62,000 bases of DNA from Octopus vulgaris (Eukaryota), in NCBI GenBank assembly GCA_951406725.2, contig OX597817.1, positions 87,998,001-88,060,000 of the forward strand, in the 5' to 3' direction. Positions within the stretch are counted from its first letter, which is position 1. Every line of letters starts with the position of its first letter. Below are positions 15,401 through 30,009 of the stretch, one piece after another. The translations under genes and the position numbers were made by a program. The notes under the pieces are model-generated. The model worked only from the letters and a program-made list of their open reading frames with translations. It had not been told where the DNA came from and searched no databases.

Positions 15401-18400
15401 ACGAGGACAATGCAAACACACACACACACATTCATGCTCAAATATACATACATATGACAGGCTTCTTTCAGTTTCTGTCTACCAAATTCACTCACAAGAT
15501 TTTGGTTGGCCTAAGGCAATAGTGAAAGACACTTGCCTTAAGGCAACATACAGCTGGAGTGAATCTGACACCATTCTTATATGTATGAGAGGAGAAAGAG
15601 AGAGAGAGAGAGCATAATGAGTAACATACTAATATATTTGATATGATAGTGCTATAAGGTATTTCCAGTAGATTCTCTGTAAATGGCATATGGCTAAAAC
15701 AACCATCAAATTTTCATAAAATGAGTACAACAGCATGTTTAGTGTATTGAAGGAGAAGCTGAGCATAAGAGGAACTAGTTGCAGTATGCAAGTGAGAAGG
15801 CTGCACTTGTTTGGTTAAGTGATGTGTATGGATGTAAACAGTCACATAAAGGAGTGCCAATCACTTAAAATGGATGGAACTTGTGGAAGAGGGAAACCCT
15901 GGAAGACATAGGATGAAACATTGAAGGTCAATCTCAAGACACAGAGCCATATGAAAGAGATGACTAAGGACTGAGATATCTGGCGCATTATAGTACACAA
16001 GAAGACCTGTCCACCACAGCAGGATTAATATCAGTTCTGGCATCACATAAAAAAACACTTGTACCAGTTCCACGTTAAAGGCACTGGTGCTGGTGCCACA
16101 TAAAAAGCACTCAGCATACTCTGTGGAATGACTGGCATTAGGAAGGGCATTCAACTATAGAAACCATGCCAGAACAGACAATGGAGTCTGGTGCGGTCCC
16201 TGGCCTTAACAGCATGGAAAATGGATGTTAAATGATGAAGATGATGATGATAAGTAGAAAACGACAAAGATAAGTTATTAAAAGCAGTTGTTCTATATAC
16301 CTGATTCCATTCATTGCTGTAAAGTTGAGGAAGCAGATCAAGGTATTCTAAATCCATAGTTATATGTCTAGATACCTGCCTGGAGAAATTTCTGAAAATA
16401 ATGAAAGGAAAATATAATACATTAATAGGTAGATCCAAAGTGAAAAATTATTCATCAAATGATTTTACATTTGCCTGTCAGGATAATAATATTTCATTCG
16501 ACTACAAGAGTACACAGAGTGCATCATTTGATGACAGAAGCATGAGGATATTTCATCATTTATTGCTAACTAGAATGATAACTAGTTTAATAGAATATTG
16601 ATCTGATCTCAAAAACTGATAACAGAAAGAGGAAAGACTAACACACTTCATGTCTTACTAATTATAGATACAAGAGAATTGCTTTTATATAGATAGTGAG
16701 ATAGTGTTGTGTACATATGTGTGTGTGTGTGCATGCCTTTGAGAAAAAGTTAAAGGAGGTCATATTGACAAATGTCACTCGATACAATTAATAAAATATT
16801 TGAGGAATTAATTTACTGATATTATTACCTAGCATGGTTGCAGAGTACTTTCAAATCTGTATTTATAATATACATAAGGGTAGACTTCTCTTCAAGTGCA
16901 GTAACAGTCACTTCTGGTACAGGTGGTGATGGATCAGTTATAGGAGGGGGGCCTAGTGGAATGCTGTGTGTTTTTAACCGGTTCAGAATTCGAGTTGTGG
17001 CTAGAAAAGAAAATAGAAAGACAAGACACAAGAATAAAATCAAAAACAAACAAAAAAAATGACAAACCTTATTGACTTTATGATCACTTTATTTATTTTA
17101 TGATCACCTTAGTGATTTTATGATCACCTTATTTATTTTATAATCACCTTATTTATTTTATGATCACCTTAGTGATTTTATGATCACCTAATTGATTTAT
17201 GATCACCTTACTGATTTATGATCACCTTATTGATTAAATGGTTATATTGCTCTGTTGATGGAAAGATGTTTGTGGAGATGTATATCTGAGGACAAACTAT
17301 TGTCTCTTGCAGACTGCCAGTTAGACAGTAAGCTAGCATATATCTGGGTATGATTTTAAACTACATAAAGTAGTGGGGCCCTGGTTCAGTAGTTCCAGGA
17401 TTCTGAAGAGTATGGAACCACCTCTTAGCCATTACTGTTCCCAACCTATGGATTAATTAGCAAGTCAGTTGGGAAAGTGGAGCTTGATAGCCTGGAGTGG
17501 GGGGGGGACCCATCTACATAGTGGAAAGAAAATAGAGTTGTAAATGCCCACTGCCCTGCAGCTATACCTAGCCATGGGAAAGGCTCTGAGTATAAACCCT
17601 GAGGGGGGGGGGGGAATCAATAGTCAGAGTCCCTGAGGCAGTTTGACATTGTCTACAGCCTTGTTCTGGCAACTCCTGTGATGATACTGGTGCCAAACTG
17701 TAATGGCTATGCTATTCCTTTGGATTCATCAGTGATGTAGGGAAGGATGGGAGTAGGGGAAACATGCTGCATGGGCAACAACCTGTCCTTCATACCATAC
17801 TGAACAGGCTTGGATCCTTTCAAACAGACTATACCAGAGTGACAGAACCAGACTACACTACAACCCAAACAGTACCAGGACAACCCACAAGTGCAGCTTG
17901 TGTGGAAGCAACTGCCATTCATGCGTTGGACTGTTCAGCCACAGACAACACTATTCCATTAAGGCAGACAACTAGGATCCTTACCCATGGTTGTTAATGA
18001 CAGACAGAGGTCAAAGAATTTGTTATCAGCAGATATAAGACATCATCTGTCTATCACAGGTGATACTTTCAGAAAATTTCTTATAGCTATTCCTAAACAG
18101 AAACACTTAGATATAAATATTCCAAAATACCTGCAGTGAATATGATTTTACTATATAAAAGCTGAATACTTCTCTGCAATCCCAGAATTCAATGTCATTT
18201 GGGTCTCAGTGAAGACATCAACCTCATGAAATATTTAAGTCCATGTGACAGAACCTATCCTTCTACATCTTACTGGCAACCAATAACAAAAATTTTCTTT
18301 ACTTCTTGTAATTATTAACTGAAAATTTAGGAAATAAAAATCTAAATGAGGTGCTTCACCTAAGAAAATATAAATATACTAACCAGTACTGACTCTGAAG

Positions 18401-21400
18401 TTAGAATCAGTTTTACTTTTCTGCTTATATTGATGATGGTAACTCACAGTAATTTCTTCAGTCCACACAAGTGCCAACGTTACAGATTCATATGTAAGCA
18501 TATTCATATCAATTAACTCCATCCAAGGACTCTGCAAAACAAAAAAGTTTCCAAGTTAAAACATCTTAAGCTATCAATGAAATATTTCAAGTACAACTAT
18601 TCATGAAGTTTTACATATCAGATAATTACATAACTAGAAACAAGACATGTTAATGTAAAGCTCTATGATATTTACTGTATCTAAAGGCATAAAAGATGCT
18701 CAGGCACATTAGATGCACCCCTCATTTCAGCAGCGCATATTCAAATAAAAAATGTTTAGTGCATTAATGCATGTAATATGGGTCCCACTACACATATAGG
18801 GCTCAGGGTGACATTTTGAGACATTTTTTGTTAAAATAAAGTATCTTATAAGCCGCTACCTCCATGCTGCCGTCATCACTACTACCACCACCATCTTCAT
18901 CATCATCATCATTTAACATTTGTTTTCCATACTGGCATAGGTTTGGTGGTTTGACAATAACTGACCAGCTGAAGAGCTGCCCAGGCTCCCTGTCTGTTTT
19001 GGCATGGTTCCTAAGGCTGGATGCCCTTCCTAATGCCAACCACTTTACAGAGTGTACTGGGTGCTTTTACCCAGCCTGGCAACGATGCTTTTAAGTGGCA
19101 CTGGCACAAGTGCTTTTTACATGGCACCAGCAGCCACAAGCCCACAAGATTAGGATCTGTTGTTTAAGGCGGTGAGCTGGCAGAAACGTTAGCACGCCAG
19201 GCGAAATGCTTAGCGGTATTTCATCTGGCATTACGTTCTGAGTTCAAATTCCGCCAAGGTCGACTTTAAGTACCAGTTACGCACTGGGGTCAATATAATC
19301 GACTTAATCCATTTGTCTGTCCTTGTTTGTCCCCTCTGTGTTTAGCCCCTTGTGGGTAGTAAAGAAATAGGTATTTCATCTGCTGTTACGTTCAGAGTTC
19401 AAATTCCACCAAGGTCGACTTTGCTTTTCATCCTTTCGAGGTTGATAAATTAAGTACCAGTTAAGCACTGGGGTCAATGTAATCGACTTAATCCCTTTGT
19501 CTGTCCTTGTTTGTCTCCCCTGTGTTTAGCCCCTGGTGGGCAATAAGGGAATAAAATTAGGATCTGCTGTGGACTGATACAGTCAGTAATGTTAGTCAGT
19601 GAGGTACACTGTTGTCCCACAGAGACAACAAAATATGTTGTCTATAAAGTGGGACACAAAAGGAATGCTCAGCTGAATTGGGATGCAAGGAACATGCATG
19701 TCTGCAAGGACAATTTTACTTAGTTGGATGTATCTTCTCAAACACAGTAAACTGCCAGGAACCATGGTCCTTTGTCATCCTCTCTGTGACACCCAATGTT
19801 TGAAGATCCTTCCTCACCTCTTCATCTCACATCTTCTGGAGTCTACCCCTTCCATTTGTTCCCTCCACAATTAGAGATCAAGTATAGTATTTCAATAGTT
19901 TTAGTTTATATAAAACTGGTTTGGTTAAATTCTATGAGTAATCATTACTTGGAGTATATGAATAAAGATGGCTGATATAGTTTAAACCAGCAGGGAAACA
20001 TTAAGTAACTGAAACAGAATATTGGGCTACGTAGTTTAGACAGTGTACAAAATATTGTAGCTAAGATAGTGCATCATATGATACTGATGTTTCTAAATGG
20101 TATGGGTAAAGCAAATCTGATTGACGACTGTAAATAGGTATGACATATGAATGGCAAGAGGCTTGGATTTCAAAATCTTTGTAACATTTATAAATTGCAC
20201 CAAATACCTGATTTTCTAACCTGATGGAGTTTGAGAAAATATAGATATTTTTCAAATACAATTATTATTATATATTAGATATTTGATAAAAGAATGACAA
20301 GTTTTGCTTTAATCACAGTTTAAAACATTTCAGTTCATTTATGCTACAAATAAAATTAGGAAAACATCAAAAAATGATATTTTCCAATTTTGTCACCACG
20401 AAAAAAATAGGTCTTCAAGAGTAATCCAAATAAGCCAATAACAACAATTTAACTAAGTACAAATTTCTTTAATTTTTTACAAAACTATATTCAACATCTT
20501 GTCTATGGATCATAAGACAACACCAGCTGTGAGATATACACCCATAACTCAACATGATTTCTCTACCATCTGTAAGATATACACCCCAATCTGACTTATT
20601 TAGCCTTAATGAGCTGATTAACATTTAGTTTTATTACAATAACTAATAACCAGTAAGTCAAATAAAGAAACCTAAAAGACAACTGATTCATATCAGCAAT
20701 TCAATCCATATATATTTTATAGTAAGATTAATTAATAATATTCATTTTACATTCAATTAAATGTGAAACAGTTTAAAGCAATATTGACTGAACAAACAGA
20801 AAATGTCAGTAGCATAATATATATATATATATATTATGCTACTGACATATTCATATATAAAGTGTGTGTGTGTATACATGCAAGTATGCTCGCATGCAAA
20901 TTATTGCCTATACACAAATACATTATTATTAATTAATCTTAATTAAAAATAAGAAAATGTTTGTATGATATCAGAGAAATAAATAAACCCACCTTATCAC
21001 AGAAAAATATCTTCTGCAAGCGCTCAGAATCATATTGTGTTGGAAGTGCAGGGAGATATAAGGTAGCTTCATGAAGTCGAGGTTCATCCAGCCAAAATTG
21101 AAAACTCTCAAATAAGCTGAAAGGTGTAGGAGAAAATATTTTCAATTATTTGACACTTCTTGAAATAAGTTTTATTCTCTTCATACTTACACTTACATAC
21201 ACATACACATTTGATTTTAACATTTACAAACATAAACATACACAGATTCGCCAACACTACACCTGATTTTCTCCCCTTCATACACACAAGCATGTATCTG
21301 ACTCATACATTGTCCGCTTTCCAGACATTTGTACATTACTGCATACCCTTTATACACACTTTCTGACAAGTTGTGGTGCACCTGAGCACTGTATACAATA

Positions 21401-21403
21401 ATT

Positions 21404-21439
<36 letters not shown>

Positions 21440-24400
21440 CATAGAATATTGGTTTGTCTCTCAGTGTATCAAGAGCTTCCAAACATTCAGAACAATATCC
21501 AACATAAAAAAAAAGCAACTCACTTTTGTAATGTTGTATGTAATTGAGTATTTAACGACTTCTTTACGGTTTCCTCACATTCTCCTTTCAAAGATTCTAA
21601 AGAAAGGCAACTGGAAGATTCAGACATGGGTGGAGATTCTAAAAATGTACACAAGAAACTATTATTAGATTTTGTCACTGGCATAGGTACTTTTTAAAGG
21701 TAAAAAAAAAAAAGAACATAATTGTTTTTAGATTAGTTCCAGTATGTCTGTGACATATTTTAACTTCTAAAGCTAATTTCACTGCAATTTACTGTGGAAA
21801 AAAATTCTCACTTATGGTAAAGGTGTAAATTCACCATGATCAGTTCGGTGGATTCCTCTCTTGGACTTTTACAAGCATTTCTGGCTCATTATGAGATAAC
21901 CCTGAGTCTATATAACACAATCTTCTCTTAATCAAAAAGAATTCATGTTTTCAGACCAGCTACAAAATGAAACAAGAATATCAAAGACCACCTGGACATA
22001 CAATAAGTACAGTTTGTTGCCACAGCCAACTTCAACATAAACAGTCCCTCCCATGAAAAGCACTTCCAACCACTCCAAAACATCTCTACAATAGAATCCT
22101 TAAGTTTACAAGTCTTCCACTTAGCCCTGACAGACATTAAAATAGAACCAGATACAGAGAGGACTAGAAAAAACATTAAGTACAACATTAGTTGAAATAA
22201 TGTGCTAAGAATGCAGCGCAACACAAACGTGCAGAAGAACACTATCATGCTCTGACCCAATCCATCATACCTGCCTGCATAGTAGTGACCACAATATCTA
22301 CAAACATACAGGCAAGCAAGAGTATCTTTGTGTGGCCATTAAACATACTAGAAACAGCAACCAAATCCCAGTCTACCATATTTCAATAATGTGATCATAG
22401 ATATCCCGAAAAAATAGCATAATTATGACTGAAATGCCTTTAATCATGGGTCTGTTTGATCATAGTAGACCTGGGGCTAAACAACAACAAGAGGCATACA
22501 GAAACAGATTTAACAGTGGAGAGAATATAACATATCTATACTGGCACACTGAATCTCATTTGATTCATCACTGCATATCAAAGTGTACTCTAAGATTGTT
22601 AACAAGGTTGAGCCAATGGAATAATAGATGAAAGGGTTGAACCTGGTTGTTTGGCTAACTACTACATACCATAGAACTATACAACCAGAGCTGACCTATA
22701 TATTGCATAACAACATCCAAAGAATTCATCTTAAGAACAATGAAAAGCAAAGTTAACTCAAATGAGATTTTTACTCAGAAAATAAATGAAAGTAAATACA
22801 TTTTGTTGAGTATATTATCATTTCTATCATTCCACCCAATTTGACACGAGCATACATAAAATATTAAAAAAATTAATACTGACTTCTACCAGAGGCATAA
22901 GATCATAAATAATGACTTTTGTCAAAGGTAGCTACCTACAAATAATAGAAGATGGAGTATAGTCAATTTAAACAACACCATACTTGACTGGTTCATCTCA
23001 GATTGCTTGTGCTCTGACATAAAGTATATATGTACACAACCAGGTATACACACACCATATACATGTATATATAATATAGTATTGTTGATGTTCATGGAAA
23101 TGATCATCTAAAGAGCACTCTATTTTTTTCTATTGCAGAGCTTACACTAGATGCACTAAATGGGGTTGATTGAGTGTTAGGGGAGATTAAGGAATAGATA
23201 TTGTAACTAGGTTGGACTATTTGAAAGTTCCAGGTTAGCTACTGCCAAGTTCTTGATAAAAGTTCATGTGGAATATTGTTTCTTTTGAAAGGATAGTTGG
23301 TTTAAGAAAGGTCAAGGTGGCTTCAGGATTGTAAAGTCAAAAGCAGAATATGCAAAAAATGGAACATTAAAATGAAAGAACTGCTGAGTTCCAGAAATAA
23401 TGGAGAAGTGCTGTTAAGCTGACATCCCTCACCTGTGTTTTCTCCTTCAGAACCTTTGGCACTCTGTAACACAGCAATATGGTGCTGAACTACATCCACA
23501 AGTTTCTTTTTCATTTTTTTCAGCAGGTTTCGGTAACTGAGGCTTTCAAAGAACCGGTTTCCATTGCTTGCTCGTTCTGGTAAGCTGTGAAATACAATAC
23601 AAATATTGTTGCAGATCTATAGAAAAATGAAATTCCAAATAATCAGCTGTAACAAAAATCTGTGATAAAATATGTAGGAGTTTGACTTTAGAGAAGTTGA
23701 TGGCAAACAAGAAGGGAAGAACAAATGGAATGAACCATAGTGGAAGAGAAAACCAGATGACATCTCTGACTTAAGAATAATTCAGAAATAATATTATAGA
23801 TTATATTTACTTTATCTGTCAGAATGCATGATATAGATTTTTAAGAGAACAGCTGGTTAGTTATTAATCTAAGATAAGTTAAAGCAGGAATATAATTAAA
23901 CAACAGAACAAGAAAACAATTATAGTTGCTAAATACTAGTTCACAATACAATTTATAATGTGAAAATAAAACTCTGTATACTGACAAAACAAGAAAAAAT
24001 TTGTAAATATTGACAAAAGTGGTAACTTCATATAACAGCAACATTGGAAAGACAAGAAAAAGGTAAAAAGAATGATCAGAAGAATAAAGGAGCTTTCAAA
24101 AAGTGTAAACTCATAGGGATCATACAATATACAACATACAAACAACAATGAAATCAAAAATAAAATTATGACAATAGGTAGGATGATGAAACATTTCCCA
24201 ATGTATTACATTTCAGGTGACATATGTAGAAATTTGACATTAGAGGAGACATTAATGGCAAACAAGAAGAGGGGAAGAACAAATGAAATGAACTATAGTG
24301 GAAGCGAACAACAAGATGACATAAATATTACAGGAGGCATTAATAAGATTATATTGTAATTTTATGAGAAGTGGAGCCTGCTATGTAATTTCTATAAAGA

Positions 24401-27400
24401 AAACTAAGAGCAGAAATATAACCTCAAAGAAAATGGGTTCTTTTGAAACTAGAAGCTTTTTTTTTTTTTGAGACACTGTAAAATAAAACAGAAATAATTT
24501 ATATAAATGCTACTGCAAGCTAGGAGAAAAGTTGTGCACTACAAAAATAAAGCAATCACTACATGTTAGAAAATAAATTACACCTACACATAATAGAAGA
24601 AAGGAAAAGACATGCTCAGCTGAAAAGTTCCTGGATCTGATTGTATACAAGAAGTCTGTTTGAAATATTTCATCTTATGCATGGAGAGATGGCTACACAT
24701 CTAAAAACTCATGTCACTATTGATAATCAAATATCTGATTAGATAGGGGAAAAAGTTTAAATGGTTGGTATTTAATGAACCATAACATGTGTAAATGGTC
24801 ATTGAACTTCTCTTGAAAGATTAGCTTCTACCAATGGAACAAAAAGTGGGAAGACAAAAAAATTCAAGTAATGAACAACCATCCCTCACTTGAGAGGAAG
24901 CTAAAATGAAAAATAACAAACAGCCATCAAACATGTGAGTTATATGAATTAATTTCAATAAAACCTCTATAGCTGTACATTCCTGGATTGTCAAATATTC
25001 TCATTATGCCTGGTAAAATGGATCAGTTGTTTGATTTGCTGACCAAGTTTTCTCTATCCTAAGACAATTCGTAAAGACTATAGGACTGACTATGAGACTG
25101 ACCAAGTTTCCTTTGTCTAAGGACAGTTTCTAAAGACTAACAAATTGTGAAAAATAAATCATTCACACATTTGAACAAGTTATATGCAATTATATCTCAT
25201 GAAAGGAAAGTATAAAATAAATAAATTTGTAATCATTGATAACTATAAATTAAATGATATACCTTCCAGGTGTAATAGATCTTCCCAAGTAGAGCACAAA
25301 AAAGCGTTGCCATATAAGAGGCAATATAGGATGATCATTAGGAGTGTCTACTGCTTGCTGAGCCCAACGGTAAATATTGAGACGATGGAAAGCAGAGATT
25401 GTCTTTAACTTGAGTTTGACAGCAGATTTCTGAAATAAGTCAAAAAAAGCAAGAAATGTTCAAACATATATTTCAAATAACATGTTAGTCTAAATCTGTA
25501 AATGTTTAATAACCTATAGGTATATAATTTAGAAGACAACCATTTCTGTGATTGCATTTCAGGTTAAAATAATAATACAAAACAGTAAACTAACCTTCCA
25601 GGCTTGTTCCACAGATATTTTGGTATTTGATAAAAGCTCTTGTTGTATAGTAGGCCATAACAGTGTACATTCTTCATACTTTCCTTCAATGCTGAGAATA
25701 AGGTAAGCTAGCCATGGAGCATCAGGTAATGATTGTTTTTCCATGAATGATGGCAGATTCTGACCAGCAGCAATCCAATTCACAAAAGATTCTACAACAC
25801 CCTGACTTCTGTATTCTGCTAACATACACTGAAAATAAACACATAGCAATTTCAAATACAAACAATTTAGTTAAATGTCACTATGCTCTTGGTACTGACA
25901 TTACTTTCAGCTTCTTCCTTATCACTTAACCCTTTCAATACCAAACTGCCCCAACCCACCCTTGATTATATGCTACAAACTTCCTGTTTTTACCCTTTAA
26001 CATTCAGATTAATCTGTCAAATGCCTTGTTTATTTATTCATAAATTTTGTAATTACTCATGAATCATCTCATAGTTTCAAGATTTCAATGAGTTTACCTT
26101 TAGAATGACAATGTAGGATAGGTGTGAGAGGCTGGACCTGGCCAGTTTGAACGAAAAACAGACATAATATTTGGGCCAGATAAGGCCAGTTTGAATGTTA
26201 AAGGGTTAAAGTGATTTAAAGTTAAATCTTCCATAAATCTATGTTTCAAACACCAGTTTAATAATGACTAATTTAATTTACTAAATTCTTCATTATTTTC
26301 AAAATCAATTGAAACAAAGGAAGTATTTTTCAAACAGAAACATGGTAACAAAAGAGATGAGGTGCCTCTGAACTCAGGATGAACTACTGCAGGTTTTAGT
26401 GTCTCTAGGGGAGATTGCAGTAGAAAAAGCTCTTGGAGACTTCTCCTGGTCCATAACATATGGATTCAGCATATGAATTTAAAAATTAAACATTTATTCA
26501 ATTATTCAGTGTTCCCACAGCTTAAACTTTTAGCATTCAGATTACTCTATCAAATGTAATGCTTATCTATTCACATCATTTTGAATTAATCATGCATTAT
26601 CTTGTAGCTTTGACATTTTGATGATGTGATTATATATTTTTAGAATGATATTGTAGGATAGGTATGAGAGGTCAGATCTGGCCAGTTTAAACATAAAACA
26701 GGTAGAATATTTGGGTCAGATATGGTTACCTTAAACACTAAAGGGTTAAAGTAGGAAACCAAACTTAGGCATGGTACTTATTTTTAGAAAAGTGAACTAA
26801 GCCAAAGAATATTTCAGCCATGATTACAGTGAACCTCCATCAATTAATACAAAATCTTTTTAATTTGCTCGGCTGAAACTGCTATCATTATATTGTGTAA
26901 ATCAAAATATCTCAATATCAGTTTTATAACAGCTTTCATATACAAGCATGAATTATTTAGGACTGCAGTACCACATATTTTCAGTTGAATCCATTCTTTT
27001 TATCAAATCTTTTGACATATATCTTAGTTAATTGCCTACCATCAACCACCAACACACAACACTTCTTTGTCAGTTTTAATCATCATCATTTCTTTCAATG
27101 TCCACATTTCCATGCTTAATTGAGTCTGACAGAATTCACTGAAACAGATTTTCTATAGCTGGATGCCTTTCCTGTCACCAACCCTCACCTGTTTTCAAGT
27201 AGAGTAACAGTTCACTTTGGCCAAACATTTTCACAAAAGACTGTAAATAAAGTATACCACTTGTATGATACTCAGACTCGTTTACAGCTATGACACAATG
27301 TTTCAACAAGAAAATACTAACACCCCATGCCATGCCCATATGTGTGTGTGTATTTCCGTCTATCAAATCCACTCACAAAGCATGTCCCTTAGTGGCTGAT

Positions 27401-29964
27401 GATATGTGCATCCCTGATCACAAGCAGGAGTAATAGGGGTGCATCAAAGCCATGTGTTGAGAGGGATTCTTTGAGGTTTGAATAAACATAACAAAAGCAA
27501 ATCTTGAAGAAAATATTAGCCATTTTTCACACTTTCTAGGGGTAAGAAAATAGGAAATGACAGTTGCTACCCAAGGACAAAAATCGTGTTTCACAGTGTT
27601 ATTATTGCACTAATTCAAATAACTATTAGCATTTCCCATACATCATGAAATATTTTCTTAGTTTCACATAAACTAGTGACAAGAAGCTATTTACTTGATA
27701 CTGTTCTGATAGAAGGGTCTCAATCTTCTTCAGTGCTTCTACATAACGGAATGCACTTCGCACAAGGTTGTCCAGCACATAACAGCAGTTTCTATCAAAA
27801 GAACAGAAAGACATTGTAGCATATTTTTTTATCATTTGTTTGAAATATATGACATATAAAATTGAATTTTATTCACACCTTACTCCAAAAGTTAAGCAAG
27901 CAACACAGTGGTGTCCCTCCAAACAACCATACACACAGGCATACAATAATTTAATATTACTGTGATATTTCTACATAACAAAATTTTAACAAATTACTTT
28001 CCCTAATAATGATTTCAAAATTGGCACATGGCCAGCAATTTTGGAGAAGTGCTCAACTGGTACTCTTTTTATCAATCTCAAAAGGATAAAGGGCAAAGTC
28101 AACCTAGACAGAATTTGAACTAAAAACATAAAGACAGACAAAATGCCACTAAGCATTTTGCCTAGGATGCTAATGATTCTGCCAGTTTGCTGCCTTTACC
28201 TACCCTAATATTGAGTGATTTAAAATATTATTCATAACTAATAAATAATAATCCTGGATTTCATTAATAACTGTTTAATATAAGATAATCCACAAAATAA
28301 TCTAATATTTTACAGCAACTATATAAAATGGGGAAGAAGATGAAGAATGAATTTAACACAAATGTTATATTCATTACAATTGTTTCTATACAATTCCATT
28401 TCTAACCACACCGCTGTGCTTGAGTCAAGTATGTCAACATCAACATCAAAGTAAAAATTAAATGGAAATTGTAGTTATGATACTCGTGCTAGTGGCATGT
28501 AAAAGTCAAAGTGTATGTGTGTGTGTGTGTGTGTGTGGTGAAGGCATGTGGCTTGGTAGTTAGGGTGCTGCAAACACACTCATAAGATTGTGGATTTGAT
28601 TCCTAGGTGGGTGGTATGTTGTGTTCTTGAACAAAACACTTCATTTCATGTTGCTCTGCAATCACTTCAACATCAGACGTGTGTGGCACACTGTGCACCA
28701 CTACAGGCAAAATTGGTTTGATAGAGGAAGTAAGTGATTTGATTACTATAAGCAAACCATTTGTACAGGTTTTTCAGAAAGAAATTGCAGAACCCTCACC
28801 TGTTAATTACAACAGGAGAGTCCAACACACACAAATATTTAGAGCATTTAACCAGTAATTACACAGCCTAATATCTGGATATGTATCCACAAAGGTCTAA
28901 TTAATTACCTGTAAATTTGAAAATGTAAAAAAATTACCTGTCCAAACTCCATTTTGGAATTTTCAACATCAAATGAGCCCATAATGCAATGACAGTCACA
29001 GCATCCGCAGGACAATTTGTTGCTTGTATTTGAGTCTAATAAATAAATAGAGGCAAATGAGGAAGTAAAATAACAAAACTACATTCAGATATTAAAAAAA
29101 AATACTGAATTTGTTAAGTTATATAATAATCTCTAGTCACTTTACCAGAATCATGGAATTAAATAATTTGGTCATGGCACCAGGGAAATCAGAAGAAATA
29201 AGGTTTTTTGCAACTCGCATAGGAGTTTCGTCAGCAAGTAAGACATTGTGGAGTGTTTTTAAAAACCTGCAAATAAAAGAAAGTAAGGTGTAAGAGGTTT
29301 CAGTAAACCTTTAGTAAAACATCTTGTTAAACCTTGAAATCCTAAATTTTCAACTAATGAAAAGATGCAGCACACAATTTAAGTCATGTATGTATATATA
29401 CATATAATAAAGTTGAATCAAGGAAACCAGTGGAGGCACATGGCTTAGTGGTTAGGATGTTGAGCTCATGATCGTGAGATTGTGGTTCTGATTTCTGGAC
29501 CAGGTGATGCATTGTGTTCTTGAGCAAAACATTTCATTTCACGCTACTCCAGTCCATTCAGCTGGTAAAAGTGGTAAACCTGCAACGGACTAGTGTCCCG
29601 TCCAAGGAGAAAAATATACACCAAAGAAACCAGGAAACTGGCCTATACTCCACAGAGTATTGTGGAATAACCAATAAAACCAAATATTAATATTTTAAAT
29701 GCATTTAATACACATGTTTCAGATGATTATGCAAGAGAGAAAAAGAATTTGCCTATTACATAATACGTTCTTCAATTAAAACATTTCAAAATATAAAGAT
29801 ACAGTATTATTATACATTTTACAACTCTAAGTCATTACAAGCTAGCCTGTCCTTACTTCATTTACACAGGTATTCTAAAAAGGATTTGGAATGGTTTGTT
29901 CTACTGGATCATGAGTCAAAAAATTCTGGTAAAATGTATTGCTTCTGAGCATAACATGCAATGT

Positions 29965-30009
<45 letters not shown>

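Noticed and set aside
20061-20261. 66-aa minus-strand ORF as an extra EPG5 exon
   Set aside because: Exons w22 and w23 already join in phase and are colinear with EPG5. I found no convincing donor.
21940-22760. Coding-looking block, possibly a decayed Penelope-like element
   Set aside because: No diagnostic motif could be read in any frame.
23680-24330. Local duplication of about 80 bp (23700 versus 24255)
   Set aside because: Short, diverged and intronic, with no functional signature.
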